Of a DNA stretch of 32,000 nucleotides, positions 26,046 through 32,000 are shown piece by piece. Within the stretch, counting starts at the first letter, position 1. Every line of letters begins with the position of its first letter. Origin of the DNA: Candidatus Electrothrix sp. GW3-4 (lineage in GTDB: Bacteria; Desulfobacterota; Desulfobulbia; Desulfobulbales; Desulfobulbaceae); assembly GCF_037902255.1 (NCBI RefSeq), contig NZ_CP147990.1, forward strand, positions 3,690,001-3,722,000. Reading direction: 5' to 3'. The notes beneath the pieces are model-generated. The model searched no databases. It was not told where the DNA came from and saw only the letters and a list, made by a program, of their open reading frames with translations. Position numbers and translations under genes: made by a program.

Positions 26046-26504
26046 ATGGATAAACTCTTCATGTTCATCGCCACTGGGGCCTATAGCGGCTACCTGCCCA
26101 AAGCTCCCGGCACTTGGGGTTCCCTGGTCGGAGTGCTGCTCTGGACACTTGGCCTGCATCGACTTGCTCCTGCTGCCTATGCCGGTATGCTGGCGGGAAT
26201 CCTGCTGATCGGCACGGCGGCAGCCGGGGCTGCGGAAAAGATCGTGGACCGAGGCGATCCTGGCCTGGTGGTCATTGACGAGATTCTCGGTCAGCTGATT
26301 GCCTTGTCCCTGGCACCTTCGCATCCCCTGGCCGCTGTTGCTGGCTTTGCCCTGTTTCGCTTCTTCGATATCCTCAAGCCCTTTCCGGTATCCTGGCTTG
26401 ACCAGCATATTCACGGCGGCCTGGGTATCATGCTCGACGATGTGATGGCGGGAATCTACGCCCTTCTGGTTCTGCAAGGGTTGATCTGGCTGGTGGGGAG
26501 CTAA
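26046..26504 (+). CDS. pgpA: Phosphatidylglycerophosphatase A
   Basis: GYLPKAPGTWGSLVG...VVIDEILGQ...FRFFDILKPFP...GLGIMLDDVMAGIYA. Confidence 0.9.
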   Translation: MDKLFMFIATGAYSGYLPKAPGTWGSLVGVLLWTLGLHRLAPAAYAGMLAGILLIGTAAAGAAEKIVDRGDPGLVVIDEILGQLIALSLAPSHPLAAVAGFALFRFFDILKPFPVSWLDQHIHGGLGIMLDDVMAGIYALLVLQGLIWLVGS

Positions 26505-26722
26505 CACCTAACACATAATGAACAATGCTGTTACACGAGCAGAAAGAGACAAGTGAAGCTCTCTGCTTGAAGTACAAAGACTGCGGACGGTGAGCTGCTT
26601 CAGCCTCTCGCAGGAGCCGGGCCAACTTCACGGCCTGATTGCCCTTCACTGAGCCAAATGCCGGAGGATGATTTGGGCTAACTAATCAGACCGCAAACTG
26701 ACACCCTCTAAAAGGCAGCAAC

Positions 26723-27490
26723 TTATGTCGAAAGAAATCTGTCTTCTTGAGGGGATAGTATCTGCTGTAGTAGCATCGGAAGCATAAGAATACTGCAATA
26801 TACAGTCAAATTGCTGAATCTAAAATCCGAGGCAGGAGCTATGACAAGATAAGGCAGCCAGTATATCACCCCTAACAAGAGGACAAATAAGTATCTTCTG
26901 TAGTTCTCTCCGAGCCGTTCTTTGTAGTAATGTATTAAAAAGAGCTGGAGAAAGATCAAAACGAAATAGACCCAAACCAAATACAGAGGCGTTTTCGTCA
27001 GGAACCAGTTGGCAAGCCTTGCTGCCGCATTTATTGCCTTTGGATGGTGGAACTCAAGGCCTTTTGTCAAATAATGATCAAAGACAGTGACCTCATATGG
27101 ACATATAATCGGTTTTTTTATTCCAAGCAGGTAAGACAGCATCCTGCCCCGAATCTTTAAGTAGGCTTCAGGATATTGCAGGATTAACCGGATAAAGTCT
27201 TTCTTAAATGTTTTGTCTGGAAATGATTCTTTCCAGATGCTCCATTTAATATATTCCAACGAGAGCATAGTTGGGGCGTAAGGAATATACATTTTCTTGA
27301 TCTGTTCAACCGTAAGCGGCTCAACAAGCTCCTTGGCTAGCGATTCAGGAATAAGGTTTTGTTCCAGCTCTGCCGACATCCCCCATAGGTCAAGCATGAG
27401 AGAAGAATTCTCAAGATGGTATATTTTGTTTTCTTCTTTTACAAGAGTAGCTGTTATCCAATTGTTTAACTGAATGCTTCCATACAACAT
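26723..27490 (-). CDS. Membrane protein, probably the C-terminal part of a frameshifted polytopic (GT-C / polymerase-like) protein
   Basis: 255 aa, low GC content, C-terminal TM helices. It comes into frame with the upstream ORF if the A8 tract (T8 on the + strand, 27519-27526) gains one base. Confidence 0.55.
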   Translation of the reverse strand: MLYGSIQLNNWITATLVKEENKIYHLENSSLMLDLWGMSAELEQNLIPESLAKELVEPLTVEQIKKMYIPYAPTMLSLEYIKWSIWKESFPDKTFKKDFIRLILQYPEAYLKIRGRMLSYLLGIKKPIICPYEVTVFDHYLTKGLEFHHPKAINAAARLANWFLTKTPLYLVWVYFVLIFLQLFLIHYYKERLGENYRRYLFVLLLGVIYWLPYLVIAPASDFRFSNLTVYCSILMLPMLLQQILSPQEDRFLST

Positions 27491-27501
27491 TATTGCGGTT
27501 G

Positions 27502-28092
27502 CTATGATGATTCCTGTATTTTTTTTATTGCGCTGCCTTGGATAAGCGTTGAGAAAAGATAGACACTATACGGAACCACACAAACAATGGCATTGTGCCG
27601 AACAGACATCCCGTAAAAAAAAAAGAGGAATGATGCCATCAGAAGCCACTTGTTTCTTGTGGTTTCAAAGGTGAAAAGCAGGGCGATAGACATGGAGAGA
27701 GAAGCAAGCATTGAAACATCCTTCCATATAACGCCGTTCATGAAAAATATCGGCGGAAACAGTCCAAGAAAGAGGATAAAGACTGCTCTGTGAATGGTCT
27801 TTGAAAAGAAAAATCTCCCCAGAATATAGAGGGAGGCGTAGTAAACGGCATTATGGAATATCAGCATTCCTTGCTGGCCATGGGTGATCTTATTGAGGAT
27901 GCTCCAAAGATACACCATGGAGGGCGGATACCAATTGCTGATATATTCTGGATGCAGTGCCTCATGCCACTGATTGACAGAGTCCACTGACATAGCACCA
28001 GGATAGAAGATGTAGATCACCGTCAAGACGAGGACTATGCTCAGGAAGGCATCAGCAGGGACAACTTTTTTTAATGATGGGTATATTTTCAT
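27502..28092 (-). CDS. Membrane protein, probably the N-terminal part of the same frameshifted polytopic protein
   Basis: ~196 aa from the ATG at 28092, with 5-6 TM helices. The loop motif YPGAMSVDSVNQW follows TM1. It ends 15 nt after an A8 run. A C8 tract lies 7 nt upstream of the start. Confidence 0.55.
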   Translation of the reverse strand: MKIYPSLKKVVPADAFLSIVLVLTVIYIFYPGAMSVDSVNQWHEALHPEYISNWYPPSMVYLWSILNKITHGQQGMLIFHNAVYYASLYILGRFFFSKTIHRAVFILFLGLFPPIFFMNGVIWKDVSMLASLSMSIALLFTFETTRNKWLLMASFLFFFYGMSVRHNAIVCVVPYSVYLFSTLIQGSAIKKIQESS

Positions 28093-28398
28093 TGCCAAAG
28101 GGGGGGGACGAAAAAAGAATGGTGATGCTCATGAGATTAAAGTTGTCCTCGAATAGCTCCTGGGCTCCCAAAAACAGCCACTTAAAAAACGCAAAATGGG
28201 GCTACAAGCTTATATGGGGTTCACTTTAATCCCCCTTCATATATAGATATAAAGGATAATTAAGTGTATAACTCGAGTTACTTACCCCTTGGCGCCACCC
28301 CTGTCAAGAGAAAATTTCCAAGCCAGAAGATCATCCTGTCCAGCTGGAGCCCCCCTAGAAACAACCAAACACACGTTCCATTTCCCGCATATTTCCCA

Positions 28399-28427
28399 TT
28401 GACATCTCTCCCGCCCCTTTCTATCAT
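28399..28427 (+). promoter_or_regulatory. Candidate sigma70-type promoter for livGF
   Basis: TTGACA at 28399-28404, a 17-nt spacer, then TATCAT at 28422-28427, about 60 nt upstream of the livG ATG. Confidence 0.4.
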
Positions 28428-28489
28428 ACTCGACAGACTCTTATTTCAAGAGCGATGCCATACGGTTGAACCCTAAACAAAGCCCCCTG

Positions 28490-29257
28490 ATGCTCCTCGA
28501 AGTAAAAAATATGACCCATTATTTTGGAGGACTGCGGGCCGTGCATGGCTTTAACCTCCAGATTGATCCAGGCCAGATCCACGGCCTGATCGGCCCCAAC
28601 GGGGCGGGAAAGACCACTGTCTTCAACCTGATCACCGGGGTGTACACGCCCACCGAGGGAACCCTGACCCTTGCAGGAAAAAAAATCCGGGGTAAGGAAC
28701 CCCATCACATCGCCTCAATGGGCATCGGCAGGACCTTCCAGAACCTGCTCCTCTGGCGGCATATGAACGTGCTGGATCATATCCGACTGGCCCATTATTC
28801 CCAGCTCAGCTACGGCCTGTTCGGGGCCTTTTTCGGCACCCCGGCCTGCCGACAGCAGGAAAAAAAGGTCAAGGAGCATTGCTACCGACTCATGGAGACC
28901 TTTGATATCAGCCAGTTTGCCGACCAGATCGTGGGCAGCCTGCCCTATGGGGCCCAACGCCGGGTGGAAATGGCCCGGGCCATGGCCACCAACCCAAAGA
29001 TCCTCTTCCTGGACGAACCCACAGCAGGCATGACCCCAGATGAGCTGGTCAGAATGATTGCAATTATCCGTCAGGTTCACCGGGAATTCGGGGTGGCTAT
29101 CTTCCTTATTGAGCATCGGATGAAATTTGTCATGGAGCTCTGCGACAGCATCCAGGTCCTGGTCTTTGGCGAAGTCATCTCCCAGGGACCACCGGAGTCC
29201 ATTCAGAACGATCCCAAGGTCATTGAAGCCTATCTCGGTACAGAGGATATTCATTAA
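28490..29257 (+). CDS. livG: Branched-chain amino acid ABC transporter ATP-binding protein LivG
   Basis: LLEVKNMTHYFGGLRAVHGFNL...GLIGPNGAGKTTVFNLITG...LPYGAQRRVEMARA...LFLDEPTAGM. I preferred the ATG at 28490 over the TTG at 28466. Confidence 0.88.
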   Translation: MLLEVKNMTHYFGGLRAVHGFNLQIDPGQIHGLIGPNGAGKTTVFNLITGVYTPTEGTLTLAGKKIRGKEPHHIASMGIGRTFQNLLLWRHMNVLDHIRLAHYSQLSYGLFGAFFGTPACRQQEKKVKEHCYRLMETFDISQFADQIVGSLPYGAQRRVEMARAMATNPKILFLDEPTAGMTPDELVRMIAIIRQVHREFGVAIFLIEHRMKFVMELCDSIQVLVFGEVISQGPPESIQNDPKVIEAYLGTEDIH

Positions 29258-29970
29258 TGCAGCTTGTCGTTGAAAATCTCACTGTTTCCTATGGCAATAT
29301 CCGGGCTCTACACGGGATCAGCTTTTCCGTGGAGCAGGGCGAGATCGTGACCATCATCGGGGCCAACGGGGCGGGCAAAAGTACCACCCTCCGGGCTATC
29401 TCCCGAATGATTCCAGCAGAAGCGGGATCAAAGGTAGAATTCATGGGCCAGGATATCCTCAAATATCCAACCGACAAGGTGGTGTCCCGGCTTGGTATCT
29501 CCCATGTGCCGGAAGGCAGGATGATCTTCGGTAATCTTACCGTGACTGAGAATCTCACCCTGGCCGCCTTTGCCCGTAAGGATAAGGAGGCGGTGAACAA
29601 GGACCGTAAATGGGTCTTTGATCTCTTTCCCCGTCTGGAAGAACGAAAAGACCAGTTGGCTGGGACCCTGAGCGGTGGAGAGCAACAGATGCTGGCCGTA
29701 GGCCGGGCCTATATCAGTGGCCGGAAGATTATGCTCCTGGATGAACCTTCTATGGGGCTTGCGCCCCTGCTGATGCTGGATATGTTCGAGTCCCTGAAGG
29801 AGATCAACCGGACCGGAACCACTATCCTGCTGGTGGAGCAGAACGCCCGGCTGGCGCTGAAGTTTGCTCAGCGCGGTTATGTGCTGGAGAACGGGAAACT
29901 GGTGTTAGAAGGTAAGGCCGAGGGGCTGCTGGATGATCCGGCGGTGAAAAAGGCGTATTTGGGGGCGTGA
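29257..29970 (+). CDS. livF: Branched-chain amino acid ABC transporter ATP-binding protein LivF
   Basis: LTVSYGNIRALHGISF...IIGANGAGKSTTLRAIS...LSGGEQQMLAVGRA...LLDEPSMGLAP. The start overlaps the livG stop (TAATG). Confidence 0.9.
   Translation: MQLVVENLTVSYGNIRALHGISFSVEQGEIVTIIGANGAGKSTTLRAISRMIPAEAGSKVEFMGQDILKYPTDKVVSRLGISHVPEGRMIFGNLTVTENLTLAAFARKDKEAVNKDRKWVFDLFPRLEERKDQLAGTLSGGEQQMLAVGRAYISGRKIMLLDEPSMGLAPLLMLDMFESLKEINRTGTTILLVEQNARLALKFAQRGYVLENGKLVLEGKAEGLLDDPAVKKAYLGA
29821..29970 (+). repeat. Direct repeat copy 1: the last 50 codons of livF
   Basis: The 150 nt recur at 31575-31724 with 14 differences (about 91% identity). Confidence 0.95.
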
Positions 29971-30105
29971 ATGATCAGACTCTTGAAGCGCGTACAGGTG
30001 AGTCAAAAAAAATAACGTATCAAATTTGTTATATATTGAACATTGATCAGTTAGCTTTGTCACTCGACAGGAACAGCAAAAAAATAGGAAGAAGAGGAAC
30101 GCCGC

Positions 30106-30690
30106 ATGAAAACTTTCAAACCAATTATTGTCTTTATACTTATGCTTCTGGTGGTGGATTCCGCAACCGCACAGGAGGTGCAGAGTGTAGTGCGAAGTCC
30201 TCTGGGCGGTATAGCTGTCGGCCCTTCAGGGCTAGCAACTGCTGTAATACATACCCGACCTTACTGCTGCCCATCAACCGCACTGGAAGTATATACTGAT
30301 GAAATAGTAGGAGAGGAGAATCTTCAATGGGTGCTGTTTGGATTCAGCGTCCCGATAGAAAAAAGCATGAGGGAAATATCCGGGGTTGAGGTATGTTATG
30401 AGATTAAGTCTGATCTGCCAGGACGGACATATATCTCCCAGACAAGATTAACTGATATGAGTACCCCTGATGCAGCATATGTGCAGGTTGATGACAGCAC
30501 AGATCGTACAGAACTCGGCCCGCAATGCTATATAAGCAACGGCCATTTTAAGCCTGACGGTTCCGTTGCTTTGCATCTGAAAGTCGTCTTTGGAGATCCC
30601 GATGATACAATTACGATAGGCAGCACGAGGCTGCTTATAACTCATTCTTCGCCGCCGCTTGTAGCTCCTATGATGCTGCTTCTGGACTGA
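30106..30690 (+). CDS. Secreted protein of unknown family, paralog A (194 aa)
   Basis: Signal peptide MKTFKPIIVFILMLLVVDSATA|QE. Conserved PYCCPSTALEV, EVCY, ISQTRLTDMSTPDAA, GPQCY. GAGGAA ribosome-binding site. Low GC content. Confidence 0.75.
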   Translation: MKTFKPIIVFILMLLVVDSATAQEVQSVVRSPLGGIAVGPSGLATAVIHTRPYCCPSTALEVYTDEIVGEENLQWVLFGFSVPIEKSMREISGVEVCYEIKSDLPGRTYISQTRLTDMSTPDAAYVQVDDSTDRTELGPQCYISNGHFKPDGSVALHLKVVFGDPDDTITIGSTRLLITHSSPPLVAPMMLLLD

Positions 30691-30749
30691 CTTGGAAAAA
30701 AGAGAAGTAGAATCCGGTTACTCTATTCATAGAAAAGAATCATTCCACA

Positions 30750-30772
30750 GGAAGCGAACTGCTTCCCTTTGT
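30750..30772 (+). terminator. Weak stem-loop between the two paralogs
   Basis: GGAAGC-gaact-GCTTCC followed by CTTTGT. The stem is short and the U-tract poor. Confidence 0.3.
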
Positions 30773-30838
30773 CAAAAAAACAACTGGTATTATCAGGTAA
30801 CGATAAGAGCTGAAAAACAAGAATAAGAGGAGAACAGC

Positions 30839-31378
30839 ATGAAGATTTTATTTAAATCAATCGTCGTCATCGCGCTTATGATGTCAGCGGCAGGGTCTGC
30901 AACAGCGGAGGAAGTGCAAAGTATAGTGCAAAGTCCTCTGGGCGGTATAGCTGTCGGCCCTTCGGGACCGGCAAGTGCTGTGATATATACCCAACCTTAT
31001 TGCTGCCCTTCAACGGCACTTGAAGTACGTGCCAATAGCGTAGTGGGTGAGAATGATTTTCAATGGGTGAATTTCGGCCTTAGTCTTCCTATAGAAAACA
31101 ACATGAATGCAATATCCGAGGTTGAAGTTTGTTATCAAATTATATCTGCCCAGTCTGGAAGCACATATATCTCCCAGACAAGATTAACTGATATGAGTAC
31201 CCCTGATGCAGCAACAGTGAAACTTGATGACGGAACTGATCGCACTGATCTCGGCCCCCAATGTTACGTGACAAATGGTAACATTACCCCTGAGGGGACT
31301 ATTACGCTAGCACTGAAAGTCGTCTTTGGCGATACTGAAGATGCAATTATTATAGGTAGTACCAGGCTGCTGTTCTGA
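30839..31378 (+). CDS. Secreted protein of unknown family, paralog B (179 aa)
   Basis: Signal peptide MKILFKSIVVIALMMSAAGSATA|EE. Roughly two-thirds amino-acid identity to paralog A by eye, with the same four conserved Cys. AGGAG ribosome-binding site. Confidence 0.75.
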   Translation: MKILFKSIVVIALMMSAAGSATAEEVQSIVQSPLGGIAVGPSGPASAVIYTQPYCCPSTALEVRANSVVGENDFQWVNFGLSLPIENNMNAISEVEVCYQIISAQSGSTYISQTRLTDMSTPDAATVKLDDGTDRTDLGPQCYVTNGNITPEGTITLALKVVFGDTEDAIIIGSTRLLF

Positions 31379-31574
31379 TTTAAACATAAGCGGAGCCCTC
31401 CTCACAAATTCTGTCAACATTAACCAGAGAATCTTTAAACTGACACCGGATGAGTGATCGCCGAATCCTCCTCTGTCTCGTGCGAGACTTAATGCTTGCA
31501 GCAATGGGGTACCGAAAAAAATAACGGGTGGATTATTCAAAATCCAGATAGAAATTAACCAGGCATCTTGCTCC

Positions 31575-31724
31575 ACTATCCTGCTGGTGGAGCAGAACGC
31601 CCGGCTGGCGCTGAAATTTGCTCAGCGTGGTTATGTGCTGGAGAATGGAAAACTGGTCCTGGAGGGTAAAGCCGAGGACCTACTGGATGATCCGGCGGTG
31701 AAAAAGGCGTATTTGGGGGCCTAA
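31575..31724 (+). pseudogene. Orphan livF 3' fragment (direct repeat copy 2)
   Basis: It encodes TILLVEQNARLALKFAQRGYVLENGKLVLEGKAEDLLDDPAVKKAYLGA*, one amino-acid difference (G->D) from livF residues 188-237. There is no upstream livF sequence, start codon or RBS. Confidence 0.9.
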
Positions 31725-31809
31725 AGGTTTCCGTAGCGGTGGTTGATGACCAAACCGAAAAAAGAACGGATGTATGCGCTACAGCATTGCTCCATGCCAA
31801 TCTCAAGCA

Positions 31810-31845
31810 CGACGAACTACCCGTTTCGTCGCCTTTCTCTTTTAT
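31810..31845 (+). terminator. Intrinsic terminator downstream of the orphan livF fragment
   Basis: CGACGAA-ctacccgt-TTCGTCG followed by CCTTTCTCTTTTA, about 85 nt after the orphan stop codon. Confidence 0.55.
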
Positions 31846-32000
31846 CTCCCCTTACCTCCACCTAACTCCATCCTCTGGACAAACAAACACGGCGTACAAA
31901 AATAACACTTCCCTCTTGTCGAGGTAAAAAAAATTGTACTTCGATAGTATTTATGCTATCCTAAAGAAAAAAGGTTAGTCTTTACTCATGCTATGTGATC

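Noticed and set aside
26505-26722. The 218-bp region after pgpA, with partial stem-loops and a minus-strand ORF (26428-26649) beginning MKGNQAVKLARLLREAE, considered as a possible remnant of a mobile-element gene or an sRNA.
   Set aside because: The ORF overlaps the pgpA 3' end. I could not define any recognisable domain, stable hairpin or repeat, so the evidence is insufficient.
1-32000. A search for CRISPR arrays, tRNA/tmRNA genes (GGTTCGAATCC-type T-arms), rRNA, retron or DGR-type template/variable repeat pairs, and integrase genes.
   Set aside because: I saw no regularly spaced short repeats, no tRNA-like T-arm or acceptor structures outside coding sequence, and no reverse transcriptase or recombinase ORFs. 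The only repeat families found are the three 3'-end duplications, the IS termini and the paralog pair.

Overview
This is a 32 kb bacterial chromosomal window. Protein similarities and codon style suggest a Desulfobulbales-like deltaproteobacterium, but that is inference only. By eye, the core genes are GC-rich (roughly 55-60% GC) and mostly on the + strand. They are a radical-SAM fragment, an RNase E/G ribonuclease, hisC-cmk, a USP-like protein with an ArsB/NhaD permease, a DUF2132 / thioredoxin-like / MscS cluster, def-fmt-larC-pgpA, and livG-livF. Accessory, mostly lower-GC segments sit between them: a 908-aa NACHT STAND NTPase with a compositionally foreign C-terminal block, a Uma2 (DUF820) nuclease, an AAA+/DUF4143 ATPase, a NYN/OST-HTH protein, an IS element that splits a Cache-domain receptor, a frameshifted polytopic membrane protein flanked by homopolymer tracts, and two tandem paralogous secreted proteins of unknown family. 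The most striking pattern occurs three times. The 3' end of an intact gene (NACHT, the 197-aa ORF, livF) is repeated as an orphan copy 0.6-1.7 kb downstream, and the repeat pair brackets inserted cargo. In the NACHT and livF pairs the copies differ mainly at synonymous codon positions. A second recurring element is an uncharacterised coiled-coil plus CxxC...HGICPxC C-terminal module, used as the only output of both a GAF protein and the IS-split Cache receptor. I found no rRNA, tRNA or CRISPR array.
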